From contig CBFDEG010000001.1 in NCBI GenBank assembly GCA_965603765.1, forward strand, positions 1-58,554: DNA of 58,554 nt, in the 5' to 3' direction. A program made the translations under genes and the position numbers. Source of the stretch: an uncultured bacterium (GTDB taxonomy: Bacteria; Nitrospirota; Thermodesulfovibrionia; UBA6902). The notes beneath the pieces are model-generated. The model searched no databases, was not told the DNA's origin, and saw only the letters and a program-made list of their open reading frames with translations. This document shows positions 18,793 through 28,002 of this stretch, piece by piece. Position 1 is the stretch's first letter, and each line of letters starts with the position of its first letter.

Positions 18793-19875
18793 ATGTCATA
18801 TTCTCCATTTTCCCATATAGGCTCTATCTTGTGGAAGCGCCGTCCCATACATCTCACGCTTTTTCTGACCAGCAGGTGCAACTCAAAATGCGGGTTCTGT
18901 TTTTACCGGACAGAAGATAATGCGGAGAAAGAGGGCATTGCTGAAATATCGCTAGAAGAGATACGGAAAATATCCGGCTCAATGGGCAGACTCCTGTGGC
19001 TCGCGCTTTCAGGCGGGGAGATATTTCTGAGGAACGATCTGGCTGAGATAGTAAAGGTGTTTTATAAGCAGAACAGCCCGTCCATCATTCTCCTTCCGAC
19101 CAATGGTCTGCTTACAGATTTGATCAAAGAGAGGGTGGAGGAAGTCCTTCGGTCATGTCCCCAAAGCACGGTTGCGGTAAAGCTCTCACTGGATGGTGAT
19201 GAAGAACTCCATGACAGACTGAGGGGAGTGAAGGGGGGATTCAGCAAGACGCTTGAGACATACAATGCGCTCGGCGGTCTGCTCAATAAATATCCCAACT
19301 TTGAACTCGGCATCAATACGGTTTTCTGCTCCGAAAATCAGGATAGCATGGACTGGATCATTGATTTCGTTAACGGGCTTGACAGGATAAAGACCCATAC
19401 CGTATCGCTAATGAGGGACGCTTTTTCTGATAAGGAGCATAAGGGTATTGATATGGCCAAATACTATAAGACCATCGAAACGCTTGCTTTAAATTCCAGG
19501 GAAAGAGCATCGGCCATGTATAGTTTCAGGGGAGCGGGGCTTAAGGCCGCGCAGGACATTCTGCAGCGCCGTATAATATATGAGACCGTGCAGGAGCAGA
19601 AACAGATAATTCCGTGTTATGCGGGCAGACTGAATATTGTTATCACTGAAAAAGGCGATGTCTATCCGTGCGAATCATTTTCAATGAAGATAGGCAATGT
19701 GAGACAGGCAGGGTATAATGTCAATAAGATATTAAAGTCAGGGCCTGCTCACAAGGTTATCTGCTCCATCAGATCGGGCAGATGCTGTTGCACTCACGAA
19801 TGTTATATGATGACGAATATTCTTTTTAACCCGCGAATGTACCCTGAGTTGCTGAAAGAGTATATGAAGTTGTAA
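18793..19875 (+). CDS. Radical SAM enzyme with a SPASM-like C-terminal Cys cluster
   Basis: CNSKCGFC (Cx3Cx2C), LSGGE. C-terminal CYAG...YPCES...CCCTHEC. Lies 19 nt after the GT2 gene. Confidence 0.85.
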   Translation: MSYSPFSHIGSILWKRRPIHLTLFLTSRCNSKCGFCFYRTEDNAEKEGIAEISLEEIRKISGSMGRLLWLALSGGEIFLRNDLAEIVKVFYKQNSPSIILLPTNGLLTDLIKERVEEVLRSCPQSTVAVKLSLDGDEELHDRLRGVKGGFSKTLETYNALGGLLNKYPNFELGINTVFCSENQDSMDWIIDFVNGLDRIKTHTVSLMRDAFSDKEHKGIDMAKYYKTIETLALNSRERASAMYSFRGAGLKAAQDILQRRIIYETVQEQKQIIPCYAGRLNIVITEKGDVYPCESFSMKIGNVRQAGYNVNKILKSGPAHKVICSIRSGRCCCTHECYMMTNILFNPRMYPELLKEYMKL

Positions 19876-19954
19876 ATTATTATTTAAGAAAGCTGTTAAA
19901 GTACCGTTTTAATAATAAACACCTATTTTCTACGTATTGAAAGGCTGAAACTTT

Positions 19955-21343
19955 ATGAATAATGACCTGTCCGTAGTTGTACTTGCCGCAGGGCTCGGGA
20001 CAAGGATGAAGTCTGACCTGCCCAAGGTGCTCCATGAAGCGCTGGGGCGGCCCATGCTGCGCTATACGCTTGATGCTGTTGAAAAACTGAAGCCCTCAAA
20101 GACGGTCGTTGTCGTCGGGAATGGCGCGGATAAAGTAAAGGAACATGTTGCTGACGACCGGCTCACCTTTGTAGTGCAGGAGAAGCTCCTCGGTACCGGT
20201 GATGCTCTGCTTACTGCAAGGAAAGAGATAAAAAAGGGCATGGTCCTTGTTCTTAACGGAGATTGTCCCCTTATTACTCCAGAGACACTAAGGACATTTA
20301 TCTCAAAACATAAACGCAATAAAAATGTGCTTTCCTTCCTCTCATTTAAGGATGATACAATGTCTGGCTACGGCAGGATAATCCGGGATGAAGGGGGAGC
20401 AGTAAAGGGCATAGTTGAAGACAAACATGCCACCCCTGAGCAAAGGGCCTCCTGCAATGAGCTCAATGGCGGGGTGTATCTTATGGAGAGCAGTCTGCTC
20501 AATTCTCTTGACAGTATAAAGAAGAACAGCTCTTCCGGTGAGTACTATCTTACTGATATAGTTGATATGGTCTCCAGGGCCGGAAAAAAACTGGATGCTT
20601 ATCAATGTCCTTCAGAAGAGATATGCGGTGTCAATAACAGGGCGGAACTCTTTGAGGTGTCTGATATCCTGAGAGTAAGGGTTGTCTCAAAATGGATGGA
20701 GAAGGGAGTCACTTTTATTGACCCTTACGCGTCATTTGTCCATGTAACTGCTTCAATAGGCAGGGACACGGTTATATATCCCAATACATATATAGAAGGC
20801 AACACCGTGATAGGGAAAAATTGCGTGATACTGCCGGGAGTGCGTGTATGTGACAGCAGGATAGGCGACGGCGTTACAATAAAGGACAATACATTAATAG
20901 AGGAAAGCAGGATTGCGCGCGGGGCTGTTATCGGACCGTTCGCTCACCTGAGGCCCGGCAGCAATATAGGCAGCAGGGCGAAGATAGGGAATTTTGTAGA
21001 AATTAAAAAATCCAATATAGGTGAAGGCTCAAAGGCATCCCATCTGTCATATATCGGGGACGCGGATGTTGGGAAGGACGTCAATATCGGCGCAGGCACC
21101 ATAACCTGCAATTATGACGGAAAGAACAAATCCAGGACCGTGATAGAGTCCGGAGTATTTATAGGCAGTGACACTCAGCTGGTTGCGCCGGTGAAGGTTA
21201 AAAAAGGGGCATATGTTGCGGCAGGCGCAACGGTGACAAAGGATGTGCCTGAAGGGGCGCTTGCGATAAGCAGGTCAAAACAGGTGAACCTTTTGGGATG
21301 GGTCAAAAATAAGGCAGGGAAGAAGTTTGAAGAAAAGAAATAA
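19955..21343 (+). CDS. glmU: Bifunctional UDP-GlcNAc pyrophosphorylase / GlcN-1-P acetyltransferase
   Basis: LAAGLGTRMKS N-terminal motif. Left-handed beta-helix hexapeptide repeats at the C-terminus. Confidence 0.95.
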   Translation: MNNDLSVVVLAAGLGTRMKSDLPKVLHEALGRPMLRYTLDAVEKLKPSKTVVVVGNGADKVKEHVADDRLTFVVQEKLLGTGDALLTARKEIKKGMVLVLNGDCPLITPETLRTFISKHKRNKNVLSFLSFKDDTMSGYGRIIRDEGGAVKGIVEDKHATPEQRASCNELNGGVYLMESSLLNSLDSIKKNSSSGEYYLTDIVDMVSRAGKKLDAYQCPSEEICGVNNRAELFEVSDILRVRVVSKWMEKGVTFIDPYASFVHVTASIGRDTVIYPNTYIEGNTVIGKNCVILPGVRVCDSRIGDGVTIKDNTLIEESRIARGAVIGPFAHLRPGSNIGSRAKIGNFVEIKKSNIGEGSKASHLSYIGDADVGKDVNIGAGTITCNYDGKNKSRTVIESGVFIGSDTQLVAPVKVKKGAYVAAGATVTKDVPEGALAISRSKQVNLLGWVKNKAGKKFEEKK

Positions 21344-21380
21344 TCAAGGGGGGCTGGCGGTCATGCCGCTGCATTGAATT

Positions 21381-23213
21381 ATGTGTGGAATAATCGGCTA
21401 CTTAGGCAGGAAAAACGCTGTACCAATACTTATCGAGGGGCTTAAAAAACTTGAGTACCGCGGATATGATTCTGCGGGCATATCGTTTCTTAAAGACAGC
21501 AAGATAGAGGTCAGGCGCTGTGCCGGAAAAATAAATATTCTTGAGAGTTCGATCTGTGATGAAAATCTGTCAAGTCATGTAGGTGTCGGCCATACAAGGT
21601 GGGCGACACATGGAAAGCCTACACAGGTAAATGCCCATCCTCACAGGGCCGGCGGTATTGTTGTTGTCCATAACGGTATTATAGAAAATTACTTTGAACT
21701 CAGAGAGATGCTTAAGAAGAAAGGCCATGTCTTCACTTCTGAGACAGACACTGAGGTCATCTGCCATCTTATCCTCAGCTATTCAAAGAATGGAACAGCG
21801 CTTGAGGAGGCAACTAAAAGTGCATTGAAGGACCTTGAGGGTGCATACGCAATAGGCGTGATATCTGAGGCAGAGCCGGACAGGATAATTGCCGTAAAAA
21901 AAGACAGTCCCCTTGTCCTGGGTATCGGGGACGGAGAGTATTTTATTGCATCTGATATACCCGCGTTCCTTAAGTACACAAGGAACGTCATAATCCTTGA
22001 AAATGATGAGCTTGCGAGAATAACGCATGACGGTATGGTCATTCGCAATGTGCGCACGAACAGGAATGTGAAGAGAACGCCTGAAAAAATAGAGTGGAGT
22101 CCCTCGATGGCTGAAAAGGGAGGGTATGACCACTTCATGCTGAAAGAGATATATGAACAGCCCCGGGCTATCTCTGACACTATCCGGGGGAGGTTCTCGC
22201 TTGAAAAGGGCAGTGTGGACCTGAAGGAGTTCGCTCTTACGGCAAATGTACTTAAGAACCTGAACAAGATATTTCTTGTTGCATGCGGAACTTCCTGGCA
22301 TGCAGCGCTTGTCGGTAAATATATGATAGAAGACATGGTCCGCATTCCGTGTGAAGTGGACATCGCATCCGAGTTCAGGTACAGGAAGCCTATTATCCCG
22401 AAGAACAGCCTTATGATAGTGATAACGCAGTCAGGTGAGACTGCGGACACGCTTGCGGCCCAGAGGGAGGCAAAACGGCTTGGAGCCAAAGTGCTTACCA
22501 TTTGCAATGTTGTCGGCAGTACAACATCGAGGGAGGCGGATGGTGTGTTTTATACACATTCAGGGCCTGAGATAGGAGTTGCGTCAACCAAGGCATTCAC
22601 AACACAGCTCACAGCGCTCTATCTTTTTTCAATAGCACTTGCAAAGGCAAAAAAGAGCATTACTATTAAGAAGGTAAGAGAGCTGTTCAGCGACCTTCTT
22701 CAGCTTCCTGAAAAGGTCGAACAGGCACTCCATCTGAATGAAAGTATAATTAGCATCGCAAAAAAGTTTTGCAAAGCAAAAGATTTCCTTTATCTGGGGA
22801 GGGGTATTAACTATCCTATTGCCCTTGAAGGTGCTTTAAAGCTTAAGGAGATATCATATATACATGCGGAGGGATATCCAGCCGGTGAACTGAAGCACGG
22901 ACCGATCGCCCTTATAGACAGGAAGATGCCTGTCCTTGCTATAGCGCCGAATGACAATGTACTTGAAAAGATACTTTCGAACATGGAGGAAGTAAAGAGC
23001 CGGGGAGGTAAGCTCATTGCAGTTGCAACGGAAGGTAACCGCAAGGTGAACTCACGGGCAAAGCATATTCTGTTAGTACCTGAAACGAATTATTACCTCT
23101 CCCCTGTATTATTTTGTGTTCCGCTGCATCTGCTTTCATATCACATTGCTGTATTAAGAAAATGCCATGTTGACCAGCCCAGAAATCTTGCAAAAAGCGT
23201 CACAGTAGAATAG
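21381..23213 (+). CDS. glmS: Glutamine--fructose-6-phosphate aminotransferase
   Basis: MCGIIGY N-terminal nucleophile. Two SIS domains. C-terminal ...NLAKSVTVE. Confidence 0.97.
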   Translation: MCGIIGYLGRKNAVPILIEGLKKLEYRGYDSAGISFLKDSKIEVRRCAGKINILESSICDENLSSHVGVGHTRWATHGKPTQVNAHPHRAGGIVVVHNGIIENYFELREMLKKKGHVFTSETDTEVICHLILSYSKNGTALEEATKSALKDLEGAYAIGVISEAEPDRIIAVKKDSPLVLGIGDGEYFIASDIPAFLKYTRNVIILENDELARITHDGMVIRNVRTNRNVKRTPEKIEWSPSMAEKGGYDHFMLKEIYEQPRAISDTIRGRFSLEKGSVDLKEFALTANVLKNLNKIFLVACGTSWHAALVGKYMIEDMVRIPCEVDIASEFRYRKPIIPKNSLMIVITQSGETADTLAAQREAKRLGAKVLTICNVVGSTTSREADGVFYTHSGPEIGVASTKAFTTQLTALYLFSIALAKAKKSITIKKVRELFSDLLQLPEKVEQALHLNESIISIAKKFCKAKDFLYLGRGINYPIALEGALKLKEISYIHAEGYPAGELKHGPIALIDRKMPVLAIAPNDNVLEKILSNMEEVKSRGGKLIAVATEGNRKVNSRAKHILLVPETNYYLSPVLFCVPLHLLSYHIAVLRKCHVDQPRNLAKSVTVE

Positions 23214-23402
23214 AACCATTATAAATTATAAAAATTCCATAATAAGAAAACGTTTGCCAGCAACACTTTTTAGGGATAATCTGATATAATTTTAATACTG
23301 GTTTGAATAAATACTACTTCCTGTAGTTGAGAGGGTTACTATAACAATTACTTGCTCCATGTTGAGACCTGAATCGCCACACACTACAATTGAGGGGGCT
23401 TG

Positions 23403-25514
23403 ATGACAAAACGGATGTTACTGAACGATCTTAATCCTGAGCAGAAAAAAGCTGTGCTCCATACTGATGGACCTTTGCTTGTCCTTGCAGGAGCCGGAAG
23501 CGGCAAGACAAAAGTAATCACACATAAATTCGCCTATCTTACATCCTTTGGTAAGGTATCGCCGGAATCAATTCTTGCAATGACCTTTACAAATAAGGCT
23601 GCCGGAGAAATGAAGGCAAGGATAGAAGAACTTACCGGCAAGAGTTCCAGAGACCTCTGGGTCGGGACATTTCATTCCCTGTCAGCACGTATCCTCAGAA
23701 AAGAGATACATAACCTCGGATACAGTAATAATTTCTGTGTTTATGATGAAAATGATTCGGGCAACCTTGTCCGCTCCATACTTAAGGAGTTTAAGATACA
23801 TGAAGCCCTTTATAAAGGGATACTTTCAAAAATATCGTTATTGAAGGCATCACTTACCGGCCCGGAGGAGTTCCTTGAGAATGAGGACAGTTATGGGTTT
23901 GATGAAAAGTTTGCACGGGTCTATGTCAGGTACCAGGAGGAGCTTAAAAAGAACAATGCCCTCGATTTTGATGATCTGATAATGACAACTGTAAAGCTGT
24001 ATGAGGAACACCCGGCAATACTGAAGAAGTATCAGAAGGCTTTTGAGTATGTGCTTATTGATGAGTTTCAGGACACAAATATATCACAGTACAGGCTTGC
24101 AAAACTTTTTGTTGAAAAACATAAGAATATTTTTGCTGTTGGTGATGATGACCAGAGCATATACAAGTTCAGGGGCGCTGAAATAGGGAATATTCGTAAT
24201 TTCCAGAAGGACTTCAAAAAGGCGAAGGTCATCAGGCTTGAACAGAATTACAGGTCAACGCAGGGTATTCTTGATGTTGCCGCCAATATAATCGGCAATA
24301 GCAGTGAAAGGATATCCAAGAAGCAGTGGACAGACAGAGGTAAGGGCGACAAGGTTTTTTATTGTGTTGCAACAAATGAAAAAGAAGAGGCCAGATATAT
24401 TGCGCAGTCAATAAAGGAACTTTACCTCAAAGGAAAGTATTCATATAGTGACATTGTGGTCCTGTTCAGGACGAAACAGCAGGCAAAGATAGTTGAAGAG
24501 GCCATGATGGAAAATGGCCAGCCATGCCGGATCTTCGGAGGGATTAATTTTTATCAGAGAAAAGAGGTTAAGGACATTATCTCATATCTGAAGGTCATAG
24601 CGAACCCTGATGACTCTGTAAGTCTCAAAAGGATCGTCAATGCTCCTCAGAGACAGATTGGCGCTGCCACTGTCACCAGGGTTGAGAATGAGGCCAGAAA
24701 GATGGACAAGAGCCTTTACGGTGCTATGAAGTACATTATAAAGAGCAGCAGTTACACTAATTCGCTTAAAGATAAGATAAGCGGTTTTGTGAAATTGCTG
24801 GATGCTCTTATTGCTGAAAAGGATAGACCCCTTACAGAGATATTTAAGACTGTCTTTGAAAAGACAGGCTATCTTGAATGGGTGAGTGAAAGAAGGGCTA
24901 AAAACCTTCGTGAGCTTGCTGCCAGCGCTGAAGACAGGACGCTTAAAGGTTTTCTTGATGATGCATCTTTGTTCAGCGGTGTTGATGAGGATATTGACGG
25001 AGGTAATGCTGTTTCGCTTATGACCCTGCATAGTGCAAAAGGGCTTGAGTTCCCTGTTGTATTTGTTGCGGGTATAGAAGAAGGGCTTATCCCTCATTTC
25101 CATGCCATTAAGAACCCTGAAGAGCTTGATGAGGAGCGCAGGCTTTTTTATGTTGGAGTGACAAGGGCGCAGGATATGCTGATAATGTCAGGGGCAAAAA
25201 AGAGGAAACTCTATACATCTGTTCAGGAACAGCAGCCGTCCAGGTTTCTTGCTGATATACCTGCTAAATGCTATAAGTCTATTGAAAAACGGCCGAGGGC
25301 TGATGCTGTGAATACGGCTTCTGTAAAAGTGCCGGTAGACTTTATGAATACGTCTCCTTTTGCTACCGGTGTGCGAGTGAAACATCCCAAGTGGGGTGTC
25401 GGGGTTGTAAGAGACAGTTACGGTGAGACCGATGATGTGAAGGTAATGGTCAACTTTCCGACTGTCGGTATGAAGAGACTCTCCCTGAAGTTTGCAAATC
25501 TGGAGAAAATATAG
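23403..25514 (+). CDS. pcrA: UvrD/PcrA-type superfamily 1 DNA helicase
   Basis: AGAGSGKT, DEFQDTN, TLHSAKGLEFPVVF, YVGVTRA. Start is ATG 23403 or TTG 23400, after GAGGGGG. Confidence 0.93.
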   Translation: MTKRMLLNDLNPEQKKAVLHTDGPLLVLAGAGSGKTKVITHKFAYLTSFGKVSPESILAMTFTNKAAGEMKARIEELTGKSSRDLWVGTFHSLSARILRKEIHNLGYSNNFCVYDENDSGNLVRSILKEFKIHEALYKGILSKISLLKASLTGPEEFLENEDSYGFDEKFARVYVRYQEELKKNNALDFDDLIMTTVKLYEEHPAILKKYQKAFEYVLIDEFQDTNISQYRLAKLFVEKHKNIFAVGDDDQSIYKFRGAEIGNIRNFQKDFKKAKVIRLEQNYRSTQGILDVAANIIGNSSERISKKQWTDRGKGDKVFYCVATNEKEEARYIAQSIKELYLKGKYSYSDIVVLFRTKQQAKIVEEAMMENGQPCRIFGGINFYQRKEVKDIISYLKVIANPDDSVSLKRIVNAPQRQIGAATVTRVENEARKMDKSLYGAMKYIIKSSSYTNSLKDKISGFVKLLDALIAEKDRPLTEIFKTVFEKTGYLEWVSERRAKNLRELAASAEDRTLKGFLDDASLFSGVDEDIDGGNAVSLMTLHSAKGLEFPVVFVAGIEEGLIPHFHAIKNPEELDEERRLFYVGVTRAQDMLIMSGAKKRKLYTSVQEQQPSRFLADIPAKCYKSIEKRPRADAVNTASVKVPVDFMNTSPFATGVRVKHPKWGVGVVRDSYGETDDVKVMVNFPTVGMKRLSLKFANLEKI

Positions 25515-25786
25515 TGGAAATAGATCATGTGGCGCTTCTTGCCAGACTGAAGCTCGATGAAAAAGAAAAAGAGCTTTTTTCCAGGCAGGTCGGCGATGTT
25601 ATTGAATATATAGATAAGCTTAATGAGCTGGACACAGACGGTATAGAGCCTACGGCCCATGTCTTTCCGATAAAGAATGTCTTCAGGGAGGATGAGCTGA
25701 AGGATTCCCTGCCCCGGAACAAGGCACTGCAGAACGCCCCTGAAAAAGAAGACGGTTTTTACAGGGTACCGAAGATTATAGAGTAA
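25514..25786 (+). CDS. gatC: Asp/Glu-tRNA amidotransferase subunit C
   Basis: VALLARLKLDEKE...DELKDSLPRNKALQNAP...FYRVPKIIE. The GTG start shares one nt with the pcrA stop. No gatA or gatB nearby. Confidence 0.85.
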   Translation: MEIDHVALLARLKLDEKEKELFSRQVGDVIEYIDKLNELDTDGIEPTAHVFPIKNVFREDELKDSLPRNKALQNAPEKEDGFYRVPKIIE

Positions 25787-25910
25787 CGTTCCAAATATCA
25801 AATAATAAATTCCAGATAAATTCCAGATTGCGATAACCGAAATGCGGAATATTTGTGATTTTGATAGTATAATATTGATTCTGAATAAGATCTTATTTTA
25901 GGAGTAAATT

Positions 25911-26261
25911 ATGTTGAGGTCCATGTTGAGGGCTAAGATACATCAGGCGACCGTTACAGACTCAAATATCCTTTACGAGGGGAGTCTGACCGTGGATACA
26001 GCGCTGCTTGATGCTGTCGGTATCAAGCCTTATGAGCAGGTCAGGGTCAGCAACCTGAATAACGGCGAAAGGTTTGAGACCTATATAATCCCCGGTGAGA
26101 GGGATTCCGGTGTTATCTGTATCAATGGCGCAGCTGCAAGAAAAGGCATGAAGGGCGATGTTATTATAATCTTTGCCTATTCGCTGTATAATGAGGAAGA
26201 GCTTAAGGATTATACCCCTGAGATAATCAGGCTGGATGAGAATAACAGGATAATAAAGTAG
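25911..26261 (+). CDS. panD: Aspartate 1-decarboxylase
   Basis: MLRAKIHQATVT...YEGSLTVD carries the Gly-Ser self-processing site. 116 aa. Confidence 0.93.
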   Translation: MLRSMLRAKIHQATVTDSNILYEGSLTVDTALLDAVGIKPYEQVRVSNLNNGERFETYIIPGERDSGVICINGAAARKGMKGDVIIIFAYSLYNEEELKDYTPEIIRLDENNRIIK

Positions 26262-26320
26262 GTCTTATCATTTGTTAGAAGTTGTATTATTTTGATGTTA
26301 CGGCAAGGGAGGTGATTTTA

Positions 26321-26527
26321 TTGCCGGTTGTAAGAGTTAGAGAAAACGAGCCGCTCGAAAAAGTACTTAGAAATTTCAAGAGACAGTGTGATAAAGAAGG
26401 AATAATCTCTGATGTTAAAAAGAGAGAGTTCTATGACAAACCAAGCGTGAAAAAGAAGAAAAAAACGATTGCTGCACGAAAAAAAGCAGCTAAAATGACA
26501 AGAGGTAAATATAGTGCAGCTAGCTGA
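26321..26527 (+). CDS. rpsU: 30S ribosomal protein S21
   Basis: [25 protein letters not shown]...EFYDKPS. TTG at 26321 lies 5 nt after AGGGAGGTGA (26306-26315). The listed longer ORF start (26282) has no Shine-Dalgarno. Confidence 0.88.
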   Translation: MPVVRVRENEPLEKVLRNFKRQCDKEGIISDVKKREFYDKPSVKKKKKTIAARKKAAKMTRGKYSAAS

Positions 26528-26960
26528 GAAACTCTCAAATGACCTTAAGACCGCCCTTAAGTCCGGGGATAAGATCCGCTTAGGCATATTAAGGATGATA
26601 AAGTCGGACATTAAGAACAAAGAGATAGAAAAAGGGGCATCTCCCGGAGAGGAAGAGATCCTGGCGATGCTCCGTTCTTTTGTGAAACGTGCAAAGGATT
26701 CGATAGAGCAGTTTTCCAATGCAGGCAGGACGGACCTGGCTGAAAAGGAGAAAGCTGAACTTGCCATAATACAGGAGTACCTTCCAAAGCAGATCTCGGA
26801 AGATGATATAAGGCAGATAGTTAAAGATGCTGTAGCGGAAACAGGGGCATCCGGCCCCAAAGACATGGGTATGGTCATGAAGGCTGTCATGGGAAAGACA
26901 AAAGGTCAGGCTGACGGTAAGCTTGTTAATGGTTTGGTAAAAGAGATACTGGAGAAATAG
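26514..26960 (+). CDS. GatB/YqeY-domain protein
   Basis: [33 protein letters not shown] and [22 protein letters not shown]. The GTG start overlaps the rpsU end. Confidence 0.85.
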   Translation: MQLAEKLSNDLKTALKSGDKIRLGILRMIKSDIKNKEIEKGASPGEEEILAMLRSFVKRAKDSIEQFSNAGRTDLAEKEKAELAIIQEYLPKQISEDDIRQIVKDAVAETGASGPKDMGMVMKAVMGKTKGQADGKLVNGLVKEILEK

Positions 26961-27923
26961 ATGAAACTGAAAAAGCTTTATGAGGCGGTTGTAGCCATAG
27001 GCATTGAGGCGGATCCACGGGAAAAGAAAGCTATTCTCAAGACGCTTGATAAAAAGAAGAAGGCTTACAAGGACATGAAGAAGGAGGACAAAGAGTTCTT
27101 TGATGTCGAGAGCCTTACCAGTCCGTATGCTGACACAAGGATCCTCAACGGGACCGGAAATGAAGAGATAAAGACCGCGCTTATCGGTATAGATATGGAA
27201 GTAGCAGAGATACTCCTTGCAGACAGACTTTCATCAAAGGGAAAGAAAATTGACCTTGTCATTGCCCACCACCCGGAAGGAAAAGCATATGCCAACTTCT
27301 ATGAAGTGATGAGCATGCAGGCTGATATACTTCATAAGTTCGGTGTTCCCATAAATATTGCGGAGAGCCTTACAGAAAGCAGGATGAAGGATGTCGGCAG
27401 AAGGCTTATGCCGGTTAACCATACAAGGGCATCTGATGCGGCAAAGCTTCTCGGCATACCTTTTATGTGCATGCATACACCTGCGGACAATATGGTCGTT
27501 GATCACCTGCAGAACCTGTTTGATAAAAAGAAACCGGATACTGTCGGTGATATTATTGATATGCTTAAAGAGATACCTGAATATCAGGAAGCCATGAGAA
27601 ACAATGCAGGCCCGAACATCATGCTTGGTTCAAAGGACAGGCGCGCCGGAAAGGTCTTTGTTGATATGACAGGAGGCACAGAGGGTTCAAAGGACATATT
27701 CAGGAGCCTTGCCAATTCAGGAGTAGGCACTATTGTTGCCATGCACCTGAGTGATGAACACAGGAAGCAGGCTGAAAAGTACCATATTAATGTGGTCATC
27801 GCAGGACATATCTCAAGTGATAACCTTGGAATAAACCTGATGCTTGATGAGATCCTGAAAAAGGAAAAGATCAAGTTCATGCCCTGCTCAGGGTTCAGAA
27901 GATTTGAAAGAAACAAAAAATAA
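26961..27923 (+). CDS. NIF3-family (dinuclear metal centre) protein
   Basis: DLVIAHHP, AGHISSD. ATG immediately follows the yqeY-like stop. Confidence 0.85.
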   Translation: MKLKKLYEAVVAIGIEADPREKKAILKTLDKKKKAYKDMKKEDKEFFDVESLTSPYADTRILNGTGNEEIKTALIGIDMEVAEILLADRLSSKGKKIDLVIAHHPEGKAYANFYEVMSMQADILHKFGVPINIAESLTESRMKDVGRRLMPVNHTRASDAAKLLGIPFMCMHTPADNMVVDHLQNLFDKKKPDTVGDIIDMLKEIPEYQEAMRNNAGPNIMLGSKDRRAGKVFVDMTGGTEGSKDIFRSLANSGVGTIVAMHLSDEHRKQAEKYHINVVIAGHISSDNLGINLMLDEILKKEKIKFMPCSGFRRFERNKK

Positions 27924-27929
27924 AGAATA

Positions 27930-27988
27930 GGCAATAGGTAAGAGGCGATAGGCTATGGGAAAAAGCCCATTGCCCCTTGCCTCTTGCC
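27930..27988 (+). repeat. Imperfect GC-rich hairpin between the NIF3 gene and dnaG (possible internal attenuator)
   Basis: GGCAATAGGTAAGAGGCGATAGGC (27930-27953) and GCCCATTGCCCCTTGCCTCTTGCC (27965-27988) are complementary at 18 of 24 positions. There is no clear T-run. Confidence 0.5.
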
Positions 27989-28002
27989 GGAATTTTTTAA
28001 TT

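Noticed and set aside
21344-21380. glmS ribozyme upstream of glmS
   Set aside because: Only 37 nt separate glmU and glmS, which is far too short for the ~170-nt ribozyme.
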